The translations under genes and the position numbers were made by a program. The notes beneath the pieces were generated by a model, which saw nothing but the letters and a program-made list of their open reading frames with translations, was not told where the DNA came from and ran no database searches. 64,000 nt of DNA from Candidatus Binatia bacterium (GTDB lineage Bacteria; Desulfobacterota; Binatia; Bin18): positions 1 to 64,000 of the forward strand of contig CAXXHG010000010.1 in NCBI GenBank assembly GCA_963666315.2. Direction: 5' to 3'. Shown one piece after another: positions 1 through 10,016 of this stretch. Positions within the stretch are counted from its first letter, which is position 1; the number at the start of each line of letters is the position of its first letter.

Positions 1-240
1 TAGACCCACGATTGACAACCACAAACACCCCCCAGCCACAGCCTTACCTATTTTCATTATTTTCGATCGCTGGTGAGAATTTTTAGGCTCTCCACAGGCT
101 TCGCGCGCGCATCATATTATACAATCCAACGTGGTGCTCGGTTGTTGCGGTACCATATCTCGTGTGCGAGGGAAAATCCAGTCGGCGGCGCCCTTAATTC
201 CCACATGTGTTATAATCGGCCGGTGTCGTACCATACACAG

Positions 241-769
241 ATGCTAATTGTCGAAGGGCATCGTATCGAGACTGCGGCTTACGGACCGTCCCCGGCGGAG
301 GCGCCAACCCTCGTTTTCTTGCACGAAGGACTTGGCGGCGTCTCTATGTGGAAAGAGTTCCTGAAGAGGTTGTCAGAAATAACAGGGTCCGGCACCCTTA
401 TTTATAGTCGCTTGCGCTACCGCAAGTCAGGCCCGTCGGTCCTGCCAAGACCAGTCACTTTTATGCACGAAGAAGCATCCCGCCTCTTACCACAGATTCT
501 CAAACAAGCGGAGATCCAAGAACACCTCCTCATTGGCCATTCCGAGGGAGGCTCGATCGCACTTATCTATGCGGGAAAAAATCAACCCGAGAGCCTTGCC
601 GGCATCATCACCGAGGCCCCTCACGTATTCTGCGAGAATGGATTGGTGCGGTCGATAACCAAAGTAGTACGGGCCTACAAAGACGGTGGCCTCCGCGAAC
701 GGTTGGAAAAACACCATGGTGAAAACATTGAGAACGCGTTTTGGGGCTGGGCCAATGTCTGGCAGCACC
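241..769 (+). pseudogene. Alpha/beta hydrolase, 3'-truncated
   Basis: LVFLHEGLG and nucleophile motif GHSEGG. Similarity to the paralog at 5230-5700 ends at WANVWQH (~769), after which the frame reads the antisense of a GST remnant. Confidence 0.75.
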
Positions 770-1157
770 TGCCGTTCGGCTTCACTCTTTTTGAGCAGAC
801 CGGGCAGCATAAACAACGGCCATTGGACCGCCCTGCAGGACGGGTGGAGTTTGGTGTCCACATGCTTCATCCAGAAACCGACTTTGGAGGCGGCCTACGG
901 GCCAGCGGGCATTAGCGGCGTGTGCGGAAAGGCGTGATTCAAGTACCTACAAATGATACTCGATTCGATGACTGGCCGATCGTCGTGGGCCTAGGTGGGC
1001 ACGACACCCAAAGGGGTGAGCTCGAGACATTCAGGCCGCAGATTTTCTTTGTTCGGTAAATCGACGTGATGTTTTTCCAGTCGAGTCCTTTTTCAGCAAG
1101 GACAATGGGAACTTTCCGGGCACGAGGCAACATCGGACGGGTGTCTAGCTCAAGCAT
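770..1157 (-). pseudogene. Glutathione S-transferase remnant with frameshift, stops and 3' truncation
   Basis: Across frames reads RKVPIVLAEKGLDW / HVDLPNKENLRPECLELTPLGVVPT*..VIESSIICRYL..WMKHVDTKLHP, i.e. GST N-domain motifs with in-frame stops. Confidence 0.7.
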
Positions 1158-1343
1158 TCGGGTTTTCTCTTAAACTCCTCTTGTTCCCCACTGGGACTCT
1201 CTCTTGTACGATAAGAACTCAGCAGTCATAAGTTTTGGTAGCTTATAGCCCGCCTGTGGGGATTGCCACACACGGGCAGATAACCGAGAATTGCTCCGAA
1301 CCCCATAGGCGCATCCGTCCATATCGGGTTTGAGGAGGAAGCG

Positions 1344-3371
1344 ATGCCAGACCAACTCGAACGCATTCGAACAACCTGCCCCAGAGACTGCTATGACGGC
1401 TGCGGGATCGTGGTCGAGCGACGGAATGGGGAGATTACCCGCGTACTCGGAGATCCCAACCATCCGGTCTCACGCGGCACCCTGTGCGGCAAATGCGCAA
1501 CTGCCTATAACGGTGTCTGGCAGGATGAAAGTGCTCGGTTGCTGTATCCGTTGAAACGAATCGGACCAAAAGGAGCAGGTGAGTTTACACGCATCAGCTG
1601 GGACGCGGCGTTGGAAGCGATTACATCCCAACTGCGGACGATTGTTGAGACATCGGGTCCGCAAGCAATCGTCCATACCCACTATAGCGGCACGTTGTCT
1701 CTGCTTGCCTATATGTTCCCCATGCGTTTCTTTCACCGCCTGGGTGCCACTGAGGTTGAGCCTGACACCATTTGCAATATGGCCGGGCATGTGGCTTGGG
1801 GTCTTTTATTTGGCAGCTCGTACGTCGGCTTTGACCCACGCACGGCCGCCGACTCTAAGTGCATTCTGGTGTGGGGCGCGAACCCTGCGCATTCGGCCCC
1901 CCACGCGCATAAACATTGGTTGCCTGAGTCTCCGGCAAAAACCATAGTCGTTGATCCCATTCGGACGGCAACCGCGGCCCAGGCAGATCTCCATCTGCAG
2001 CCTTTTCCTGGCACAGACGCCGCGCTCGCTTTTAGCCTGGTGCACGTCTTGCAGCGCGATGGGTTTTTCGATGCAGACTTTATCAAAAACCATACAGTTG
2101 GGGCGGACGAACTTTTTCCCATGCTCGAGGCATGTAGCCCAACCTGGGGAGAGGCGCAAACCGGGGTCCCAGCCGCACTCATCGAACAGGCCGCTCATGT
2201 GTATGGTCCAGGTCCATCTCTGCTGTGGGTCGGCCAAGGACTTCAGCGCCAGGCAACAGGCGGAAATGTTATGCGCGCCTGCGGCCTCCTGCCGACGCTC
2301 ACCGGCAATGTCGGCAAAGCAGGGGCAGGCTTCTACTATCTGAACATCACACCAGGCATAGCCGGGGCCGACTTTGATGCACTGGCCGGAGCGCACTTGC
2401 TCCAAGGAAAGCGGGCCAGCGTCAGTCATATGGATTTTGCCGAGCGTCTTGAAGATGTCGATGCGGCCCAAGCCTTAGTCTGCTGGAATACGAATCCCGC
2501 CGCCTCCGCACCGCAACAGCAACGTTTGCATCAGGCCCTGCGGCGCAACGATCTGTTCACTGTTGTTGTGGATTGTTTTCCGACAGATACCACCGACTTT
2601 GCCGACATCGTCCTGCCTGCGGCAAGCTTTCTCGAATTCGATGACCTGACCTTTAGCTATTTCCACCTCAACATCGGTGCCCAAGCGCAAGCCCGCAAGC
2701 CCATGGGCGATTCTTTGCCGAATCAAGAAATCTTTCGGCGTTTAGCAAAAGCTATGGGCTTTGAGGAGGCGGAACTTTTTGAGCCGGATGAGGCGGTTCT
2801 GAATCGTCTTCTGACAGAAATGCACGTCGGCTTTGACTTCAACGAACTCAAAAACAAGGGCTGGCATGCCATCAGCGAGTCGCCGCTGATCTTCTACCAA
2901 GATTACAAATTCGATACGCCCAGCGGCAAGATCGAGATCGCCTCGGAAAAAGCCGCAAAGAAGGGGCTGCCCCGGCTACCACAACCTTGGGTCGATGCGC
3001 CGCCGAGAGACGGCCATCTGCGCTTACTCAGCCCAGCCTCACTCTGGCGTATGAACGACTCGTACGCAAACGACAAAAACATCCAGCAAAGGGCAGGCGA
3101 AGCAAACGTGATTGTGCATCCCGAAGATGCCGCTCGTCTTGGTCTTACAGACGGTGCCCGGGTCCGGCTTGAGAATGAGACCGGCTGGCTTGAACTCATT
3201 GCCACGGTTGACCCTCTCACCCCACAAGGCGTCGCCCTGACTTACAAAGGCCGCTGGCCCAAACAGGAGCAGCAGCGCCGCAATGTGAACGTCCTCAATC
3301 CCGGTCACAAAACCGACATGGGCGAAAGTTCGAGCGTGCACGGTATAGAGGTGAGTATTCGTCCGTGCTAA
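1344..3371 (+). CDS. Molybdopterin-dependent oxidoreductase (DMSO reductase superfamily, cytoplasmic)
   Basis: N-terminal CPRDCYDGC...LCGK [4Fe-4S] motif, WGANP, ADIVLPAA, C-terminal HPEDAARLG domain. No Tat signal. GAGGAGG RBS. Confidence 0.9.
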   Translation: MPDQLERIRTTCPRDCYDGCGIVVERRNGEITRVLGDPNHPVSRGTLCGKCATAYNGVWQDESARLLYPLKRIGPKGAGEFTRISWDAALEAITSQLRTIVETSGPQAIVHTHYSGTLSLLAYMFPMRFFHRLGATEVEPDTICNMAGHVAWGLLFGSSYVGFDPRTAADSKCILVWGANPAHSAPHAHKHWLPESPAKTIVVDPIRTATAAQADLHLQPFPGTDAALAFSLVHVLQRDGFFDADFIKNHTVGADELFPMLEACSPTWGEAQTGVPAALIEQAAHVYGPGPSLLWVGQGLQRQATGGNVMRACGLLPTLTGNVGKAGAGFYYLNITPGIAGADFDALAGAHLLQGKRASVSHMDFAERLEDVDAAQALVCWNTNPAASAPQQQRLHQALRRNDLFTVVVDCFPTDTTDFADIVLPAASFLEFDDLTFSYFHLNIGAQAQARKPMGDSLPNQEIFRRLAKAMGFEEAELFEPDEAVLNRLLTEMHVGFDFNELKNKGWHAISESPLIFYQDYKFDTPSGKIEIASEKAAKKGLPRLPQPWVDAPPRDGHLRLLSPASLWRMNDSYANDKNIQQRAGEANVIVHPEDAARLGLTDGARVRLENETGWLELIATVDPLTPQGVALTYKGRWPKQEQQRRNVNVLNPGHKTDMGESSSVHGIEVSIRPC

Positions 3372-3408
3372 CGGTCTTTCTCTGCCTCAAAAACAGTGGC
3401 TCTCGGAA

Positions 3409-4473
3409 ATGACGAATAGTCCCAATATTCCCAATATTCCTATAGATGAACTGGCCCGACGCCTGGCAGACTTCCTCAAACGGTCTTTCAGTACTGCTCA
3501 AGAAAAAACACTGCAGCACGTTCACGTCCAAGAGTTGCGCCTCCTCACCGGTGGTGCGTCACGACTAACGTGGTCGTTTGATGCCGTACTCGAAGAACCC
3601 GACGGCCAGACCCAAACGCTAGCTCTTATTCTGCGGAGTGATCCCCCCGGAGGTCCCCAGGCCGTTATGGAGCGAGACCTGGAGTATCGGGTCATTGCAG
3701 CCGCCTACGACGAAGGCGCGCTCGTGCCTCAGCCCTATTTCCTAGGGGACGATAGCCTCGGAGCGCCTTTCTTCATTATGGAGCGCATTGAGGGCGAGAC
3801 GATTCCGCGGCGTCTGTTCCGGGAGGCGGCCTACGACGACGCACGTCAGATCATGCCGCAGCAGTTGGGAAAAATCCTGGCCAAGATTCACCGTATACCG
3901 GTCGAAAAATATCCTTTAGCCGACCTGCTCGCGCCACAGCAGGGTCGCTCGGCTGCGGAAGAAGAAATCGCCCGTTACGAAGACAAATACCACACCATGG
4001 CCCGTGAACCACATCCGACTCTTGAGTTAGCCTTTCGCTGGTTGCGGCAGCATCTGCCCGCAGACTCCTCCCGCGTCCTTGTCCACGGCGACTACCGTAT
4101 GGGCAATATCATGTTCGCATCGGATGGAGTGCGGTCTATTCTCGACTGGGAACTGGCCCATATCGGTGACCCGATGGAAGACCTGGGCTGGATTTGTGTG
4201 CGCTCCTGGCGCTTTGGGCAAGACCATTTGCCTGTCGGTGGTCTCGGAACGCGCGCAGCTTTTCAGCGGGCGTACGAACAAGCCGGCGACTATCCGGTTG
4301 ACCCTGAGCGCGTTCGGTTTTGGGAGATTTTCGGCAATCTGCGCTGGGGCGTTATCTGCTTAAATATGACCCAGCCGTTTCTGGACGGTCAGAATCAGAG
4401 TGTCGAACTCGCTGCCATCGGCCGCCGCGCGGCAGAGACCGAGTGGGAATTGCTGCATTTGATGGAGGCCTAA
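3409..4473 (+). CDS. APH/ACAD10-11-like phosphotransferase (LvaA-like)
   Basis: GGASR, HGDYRMGN and LDWELAHIGDPMEDLGW motifs. Confidence 0.85.
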   Translation: MTNSPNIPNIPIDELARRLADFLKRSFSTAQEKTLQHVHVQELRLLTGGASRLTWSFDAVLEEPDGQTQTLALILRSDPPGGPQAVMERDLEYRVIAAAYDEGALVPQPYFLGDDSLGAPFFIMERIEGETIPRRLFREAAYDDARQIMPQQLGKILAKIHRIPVEKYPLADLLAPQQGRSAAEEEIARYEDKYHTMAREPHPTLELAFRWLRQHLPADSSRVLVHGDYRMGNIMFASDGVRSILDWELAHIGDPMEDLGWICVRSWRFGQDHLPVGGLGTRAAFQRAYEQAGDYPVDPERVRFWEIFGNLRWGVICLNMTQPFLDGQNQSVELAAIGRRAAETEWELLHLMEA

Positions 4474-4880
4474 TGCAAGACCGACCCACGATTCAGGAAC
4501 TGCTTCAATCAGTCAGCCATCTTTTGGATACAGAGTTGGTTCCCACCCTATCCGGCTCACACCAATTTTACGCCCGCGTGGCAGCCAATGTCTTACGCAT
4601 TGTCGAACGCGAGCTGGCCAACGAAGAAGAACAGCTTTCCGCTGAGTGGCTGCGTCTCGATGCCTTACTCGACACGACAGAACGTCCTACAACCCGAGAC
4701 GCCCTACAGCAGGCCATTCGGAAACGCACCGAGGAGCTGAGTGAGCGCATCCGTCAGGGCGCCGCGGACGCCGGACCATATCGTGAGCAGGTACTGCAAC
4801 ACCTAAAAGAGACTATCCGAGATAAACTCGTGGTGAGTAATCCCAAATGGATTAAGCGGCCTGAGGAAGAGACCGGCTGA
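4473..4880 (+). CDS. Small helical partner protein (DUF6285/LvaB-like)
   Basis: ATG overlaps the upstream stop (TAATG). MQDRPT...FYARVAANVLRIVERE...KLVVSNPKW pattern. Confidence 0.7.
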   Translation: MQDRPTIQELLQSVSHLLDTELVPTLSGSHQFYARVAANVLRIVERELANEEEQLSAEWLRLDALLDTTERPTTRDALQQAIRKRTEELSERIRQGAADAGPYREQVLQHLKETIRDKLVVSNPKWIKRPEEETG

Positions 4881-4940
4881 TTTGTACACGGTCAAAGAAA
4901 GCAGGCTGCAACCCACACACCAATAGCAACAGATCCAACC

Positions 4941-5043
4941 AGAAATGCTTCACCCCTACGCACCCAGAATCCCGGATTCCACTCCGTTCCATCCAGGCTA
5001 CCGGACCAATCCCGTAGGTTGGATTAGCGTAGCGTAATCCAAC
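4941..5043. repeat. Cluster of GTAG-type REP-like palindromes
   Basis: CCCGGATTCCACTCCGTTCCATCCAGGCTAC (4971-5001), GTAGGTTGGATTAGCGTAGCGTAATCCAAC (5014-5043), half element ending CCCCTAC at 4959. Confidence 0.7.
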
Positions 5044-5178
5044 ACCTCGTGACCGCACTTTAGCCGTTCGGATTCGGAATCTCCGGCAATACGCTCAAAT
5101 CTCGGTTTGGTGGTGGGCGGGAATATTGTTTGTGACTATAGTCGAATTAATATTCAGAGAATTAACGCAGAAGTTCTT

Positions 5179-5224
5179 CACGGGATTGCAGCCACATTTT
5201 GCTGCGATCCCGTCCCGCCGCTAC
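5179..5224 (-). repeat. REP-like hairpin with GTAG end
   Basis: ACGGGATTGCAGC..GCTGCGATCCCGT stem followed by CTAC. Confidence 0.55.
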
Positions 5225-5229
5225 GGAGC

Positions 5230-5700
5230 CACTCCGATGGTGGCTCGATTGCCCTCATTTATGCCGGCGGGACACCGGCCAACCGATTACTCGGTCTCAT
5301 CAGCGAGGCCGCCCATTTGTTTTGTGAAGAGGGCCTGCTTCGTTCAATTCAAGACCTTGTGAAAATGTACCAAGACGGCGGCTTACCTCAGCAACTGGCA
5401 AAGCACCAGGGCGACAATGTCGAAAACGCCTTCCGGGGCTGGGCGGATGTGTGGCAGCATCCGGACTTTAAGTACTGGAATATTGAAGAGTATCTGCCCC
5501 ACATCAAAGTTCCTGTCCTGGCCATTCAGTGCGAAGATTACGAGTATGGGACCATCACCCAGGTCGAAGCCCTCACCCGCCAAGTCGGAGCTGGCGCAGC
5601 AAGCCTGCTGTTAGCAGATTGCGGTCATTCCCCGCACAAGGACCAAGAAGAGAGCACGCTCGCAGCAATGGTGGAATTTGTTCGGAAAGTTCTTGGGTAG
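5230..5700 (+). pseudogene. Alpha/beta hydrolase, 5'-truncated
   Basis: Begins abruptly at HSDGGSIAL. Retains VPVLAIQ..D.YG and catalytic GHSPH. N-terminal third is missing. Confidence 0.75.
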
Positions 5701-5742
5701 GGAGTTCAAAATATGGACTCAGAGGACTATAGAGGAGCATAC

Positions 5743-6999
5743 ATGACCTCTATAACAACCTCGACATCCTCAACATGCTCGACATCCTCGACATCCTCCC
5801 GTGCCCTCATTATTGGTGGTTCTTTGGGCGGCTTATCGACCGCTATCGCGCTGCGCCGCATCGGCTGGGATGTGGAGGTCTTTGAACGCTCAGCAAGCGA
5901 ACTCAAAGATCGAGGTGCCGGTCTGGTTATGCAGCCTGAACTCTTAAGCTTCTTGAAAAACCATTCCCTTCCGCATCAGGAAACCATAAGTGTCCTGTCT
6001 GTGGCGCGTCAATTTCTCGACCGAGAAGGACATGTTCTCAGAGTAGAACCGCGAGCGCAGTTCATGACCTCGTGGAACACCCTATATCGCCAATTCTTGC
6101 ATGCCTTTCCCAGCGAGCAGTATCATTTGGACAGCCAACTTGTCGATTTCACACAAGATGCCCACGGTGTCAGCGCTCGATTCTCCAATGGCTCCGTTGC
6201 ACAGGCAGATTTACTCATAGGTGCAGACGGTACAAATTCAACTTGCCGCAGCCAACTGCTCCCGGACCAGAAACCACGCTATGTGGGTTATATTGCCTGG
6301 CGTGGAGTCGTAGAAGAACCTGCAGTATCAGCGTCCGTGCGTACCACTTTTGCCGACAAATTCACCTTCTTCCAAATGCCGGGCAGCCATTTTCTATGTT
6401 ATCTCGTACCAGGTCCGGACGGCGCTACAGAAACAGGCAGCCGCTATCTCAACTGGGTATGGTATTGGAACGTCCCGGAAGGTGAACAGCTACAAAAATT
6501 ATTAACAGACCACACCGGCAGTGCGCGCGACTATTTGGTTCCACCCGGCATGATTCAAGAAAAATTCGTGCAAGACCAATGGGACATCGCCGCAGACTTG
6601 TTTCCTGCAGTTGCTCAGCAGCTCGTTTTCGCAACCAAAGAGCCGTTTCTGCAGCCTGTGTATGAGTTCGCAACGCAGCACCTGGTCTTTGATCGCGTCT
6701 GTCTGCTCGGCGATGCGGCTTTCCTGCCCCGTCCGCATACGGCAGCCAGCACAGCGCAGGCCGTGGCCAATGCTGCCGACCTGGCGGACGCATTGCACGC
6801 TGCCCCGGATAATTGGCCGGCCGCCCTGCGCTCTTGGGAAACGACCCAAATACAGCTCGGGGTACCGCTGCAGCAACTCGGCACGAGCCTGGGCAATCAA
6901 TCTCAATTCGGCGCCTGGCAGGGCCAGCAGCTTACATTCGGCGACACATTACACACGCCGCGTTCCCCTGGTAGACCGCAGGGGACATCGACACACTAG
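5743..6999 (+). CDS. FAD-dependent monooxygenase (2,6-dihydroxypyridine hydroxylase-like)
   Basis: IIGGSLGGL, ADLLIGADG, YIAWRG, LLGDAAF.PRPHTA. AGGAG RBS before ATG 5743. Confidence 0.85.
   Translation: MTSITTSTSSTCSTSSTSSRALIIGGSLGGLSTAIALRRIGWDVEVFERSASELKDRGAGLVMQPELLSFLKNHSLPHQETISVLSVARQFLDREGHVLRVEPRAQFMTSWNTLYRQFLHAFPSEQYHLDSQLVDFTQDAHGVSARFSNGSVAQADLLIGADGTNSTCRSQLLPDQKPRYVGYIAWRGVVEEPAVSASVRTTFADKFTFFQMPGSHFLCYLVPGPDGATETGSRYLNWVWYWNVPEGEQLQKLLTDHTGSARDYLVPPGMIQEKFVQDQWDIAADLFPAVAQQLVFATKEPFLQPVYEFATQHLVFDRVCLLGDAAFLPRPHTAASTAQAVANAADLADALHAAPDNWPAALRSWETTQIQLGVPLQQLGTSLGNQSQFGAWQGQQLTFGDTLHTPRSPGRPQGTSTH
5761..5796 (+). repeat. 9-bp tandem repeat x4 (TCGACATCC) encoding a Ser/Thr tract
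   Basis: tcgacatcc tcaacatgc tcgacatcc tcgacatcc. Confidence 0.8.
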
Positions 7000-7080
7000 C
7001 CGCGCGAGATTAATTTGGCGGCACTGTTGCAACCGTCGCAACTGGCGCGGCAGAAGCACACCACGAAAAAGGAGAACAGT

Positions 7081-8379
7081 ATGGGCTGGGATTTTGAAAC
7101 CGATCCGGAATTTCAAAAAGAGTTAGATTGGATTACAAACTTCGTGCGCGAAGAGGTCGAGCCCTTAGATCATGTCTTGGGCAATCCGTACGATATCCAC
7201 AACCCGCGGCATAAAAAAATCGTCCCCACGCTGCAAGAACAGGTCAGAAAACGTGGCCTGTGGGCGTGTCACCTCGGCCCTGAACTCGGTGGTCCTGGGT
7301 ATGGGCAGCTCAAGCTGGCGCTGATGAATGAAATCTTGGGCCGCTCACGTTTCGCGTCGATTGTCTTTGGCTGCCAAGCCCCGGACACCGGCAATAGCGA
7401 GATTCTGGCTCACTACGGCACACCCGAGCTGAAAGAACGTTTTCTCAAGCCGCTTTTAAACAACGAGATCGTGTCATGCTTTTCCATGACCGAGCCGCAC
7501 GCGGGCGCTGACCCCAAGATGTTTACGTGCAAGGCGGTACGAGACGGGGATTATTGGGTCATCAATGGCGAGAAGTGGTTTTCCTCTAATGCGCGGTGGG
7601 CGAGTTTTCTGATTGCTATGGTCGTGACCGACCCAGAAGCCCCGCCGTATCAGAGTATGTCCATGTTCATCGTTCCGGCTGATACGCCCGGCATCAACAT
7701 CATCCGCAATGTCGGCATCGGCGACGAGCGGGAAGATGAAGGCGATCATGCCTATATCAGTTATGAAGACGTCAAGATTCCGGCGGACTATATCTTAGGC
7801 AAACCCGGACAAGGCTTTGAAGTCGCGCAGACGCGTCTCGGCGGCGGGCGCATCCACCATGCCATGCGCACCATAGGGCAGGTCAAGAAATCGTTTGACC
7901 TGATGTGCGAGCGGGTGCTGTCGCGCGAAACCCAAGGGGAAGTCTTAGCCAACAAACAAATGGTGCAGGAGAAGATCGCCGACTCTTGGGTGGAGATCGA
8001 GCAGTTTCGGCTGCTGGTGCTGCAAACGGCCTGGCGGATCGACAAATACCAGGACTACCGCAAAGTCCGCAAAGACATTGCCGCAGTCAAAGCCCAGATG
8101 CCCAAAGTCTTTCACGACGTTGCCTCCCGCGCGCTGTACTTGCATGGCTCCCTGGGCGTGTCTAACGAGATGCCGTTTTCCAAGCAGATTACAGAGTCGT
8201 TTGTCATGGGCCTGGCAGACGGCCCAACCGAGGTCCACAAAATCACGGTCGCCCGTCAGGTGCTGCGCGAGTATGAGAAGACAGACGGACTTTTCCCGAC
8301 CGGTCATTTACCGGCATTGCGAGAGCAGGCCATCAAAAAATATGGCGAGTTGTTAGAACTGGAAATGGGGAATTTGTAG
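7081..8379 (+). CDS. Acyl-CoA dehydrogenase (ACAD10/11/LvaC-like)
   Basis: CQAPDTGNSE, FSMTEP, INGEKWFSS, RLGGGRIHH, ADGPTEVH. Confidence 0.9.
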   Translation: MGWDFETDPEFQKELDWITNFVREEVEPLDHVLGNPYDIHNPRHKKIVPTLQEQVRKRGLWACHLGPELGGPGYGQLKLALMNEILGRSRFASIVFGCQAPDTGNSEILAHYGTPELKERFLKPLLNNEIVSCFSMTEPHAGADPKMFTCKAVRDGDYWVINGEKWFSSNARWASFLIAMVVTDPEAPPYQSMSMFIVPADTPGINIIRNVGIGDEREDEGDHAYISYEDVKIPADYILGKPGQGFEVAQTRLGGGRIHHAMRTIGQVKKSFDLMCERVLSRETQGEVLANKQMVQEKIADSWVEIEQFRLLVLQTAWRIDKYQDYRKVRKDIAAVKAQMPKVFHDVASRALYLHGSLGVSNEMPFSKQITESFVMGLADGPTEVHKITVARQVLREYEKTDGLFPTGHLPALREQAIKKYGELLELEMGNL

Positions 8380-8381
8380 GC

Positions 8382-8430
8382 GTAGGGGCGACCGGCTGGT
8401 CTCCGTGGGCGATCACAAGGACCGCCCTTA
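8382..8430 (+). repeat. GTAG REP-like element
   Basis: GTAGGGGCGACCGGCTGGTC...GACCGCCCTTA between convergent genes. Confidence 0.6.
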
Positions 8431-8434
8431 TATT

Positions 8435-8863
8435 TTACGCCACAGCAAGCCGGTCATCCTCTGAAAAGAATTCCAGAAAATTTCCTTCATAGTCATATAC
8501 AACCGGCACGAGGTGCGGCAAACCGCGTTCTTCCCGGGTAATCTGCACCTCGTATTTTTTAGCAATCACGGCCAACTCTGCAAAGGACTTTTCGGTGGAA
8601 AAGGCCATATGCCCAAAGTGCTGGGGCGGACTTAGCGCACTGTCCGTGAAATCACCCGCTGCCCAGTGTTTGTCCTTGGGCCAGAATTCCATGATGTCCT
8701 CCAGCCCACCGGGTTGCCAGTCACCAAACACAACCGTGCGCACGCCTATCGTACTCAAAACAGGACCGGAGCCAACGATCTTGCCGTCTACTAATTCGGC
8801 ATAGAGCTCGGCCGACCGTTGTGGGTCGCTGACACGAAACGATATATGCAGCAGTGTTGACAT
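8435..8863 (-). CDS. VOC/glyoxalase family protein
   Basis: LLHISFRVSDP, HMAF, DYEGNFLEF. Confidence 0.7.
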   Translation of the reverse strand: MSTLLHISFRVSDPQRSAELYAELVDGKIVGSGPVLSTIGVRTVVFGDWQPGGLEDIMEFWPKDKHWAAGDFTDSALSPPQHFGHMAFSTEKSFAELAVIAKKYEVQITREERGLPHLVPVVYDYEGNFLEFFSEDDRLAVA

Positions 8864-8922
8864 GCTGAGCCTCCTTTTTGGTAGGGTGCCCCCCTCTGCG
8901 GGCGGGCGTCCCACGCACCAAC

Positions 8923-9723
8923 TTAGCCAATACGCGCGCTCTGTCCACCATCGACAGGCAACAGCACCCCGGTAATAAACTGTGCTTCGTCAGATGCCAG
9001 GAAGAGCGACGCATTAGCGATATCCCAACCCGTGCCCATTTTTGCGCCCAAGGGGACTTGAGCGTCACGTTCTTGCCTGAGTTGTTCTTTGGGCATCCCA
9101 CGGGCTTTTGAGATGCCTTCAATCGCCATGGGCGTATCCATCAAACCGGGCATAATAGCGTTGACGCGAATACCGTACTTGGCATTTCCCAGCGCCAACT
9201 GATGCGTAATCGCATTCACCCCTGCTTTTGATGTTTTGTAGGCAAGAATACCCACGGCACACACCGCAGCAATCGAGGAGATATTGGTGATCGCCCCGCT
9301 ACGCTGACCGCGCATAATCGGAATGACACATTTGCTCGGCATGATCACACTTTTCATATTGACGCTCAGGATACGATCCCAGTTTTCTTCTTGCATATTA
9401 GTGATACCAGAGTCTCCGTCCCCAATACCGACATTATTATGCAAGATGTCGATCCGGCCGTAGCGCTCGACACAGACCTCAACCATTTTCTTACAATCCG
9501 CCTCGCTGGTCGCATCAGCGCCAAAAGAGGACGCAATCCCACCCTCTTTCTCGATCATGGCCTGCGTATCTTGAGCAGACTCAAGACGGCGATCGACCAA
9601 GAGCACCTTGGCCCCTTCGCGGGCATAGACAATAGCGGTCGCGCGACCATTGCCTATGGTTTCACCCGGCGTCTGCCCGGCGCCAACCACAATGGCGACT
9701 TTGTCTCTGAGTCGATCTCCCAT
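8923..9723 (-). CDS. SDR family oxidoreductase
   Basis: VGAG..GETIGNG, HNNVG, YKTSK, VDGG. Confidence 0.9.
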   Translation of the reverse strand: MGDRLRDKVAIVVGAGQTPGETIGNGRATAIVYAREGAKVLLVDRRLESAQDTQAMIEKEGGIASSFGADATSEADCKKMVEVCVERYGRIDILHNNVGIGDGDSGITNMQEENWDRILSVNMKSVIMPSKCVIPIMRGQRSGAITNISSIAAVCAVGILAYKTSKAGVNAITHQLALGNAKYGIRVNAIMPGLMDTPMAIEGISKARGMPKEQLRQERDAQVPLGAKMGTGWDIANASLFLASDEAQFITGVLLPVDGGQSARIG

Positions 9724-9741
9724 TATTCCCCTCCCTAGTTC

Positions 9742-9824
9742 TGTCATTCTGAACGGAGAGAATCGGAGTGAAGATCTAGTTTCGAGCTTCAAGCGTCAGA
9801 TTCTTCGCTTCGCTCAGAATGACA
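9742..9824. repeat. Palindromic element with TGTCATTCTGA...TCAGAATGACA termini
   Basis: 11-bp perfect terminal inverted repeats. Resembles widespread REP-like miniature elements. Confidence 0.7.
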
Positions 9825-9875
9825 ATAAAAGCCTATCCGAATAACTCTCAAGCACGCTACGCCGCTGGGCTGAAC

Positions 9876-9960
9876 AAATCCTCCGTTCGGCTACGCCTTC
9901 GCCGCCCCCTTTGTCAAAGGGCGCCGACAGACACGCATCGCGGGGTTGGCGGGGAGATTT
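9876..9960. repeat. Palindromic AAATC...CCCTTTGTCAAAGGG...GATTT element
   Basis: Internal hairpin CCCTTTG/CAAAGGG and terminal AAATC/GATTT. Confidence 0.5.
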
Positions 9961-10016
9961 TTACCTTCGGAAAACCCTGTACGGGGTTATCCGGATAGGC
10001 TCTAAGTGCGGTCCCC

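Noticed and set aside
4852-5058. 68-aa minus-strand ORF
   Set aside because: It is a translation of REP palindromes, not a gene.
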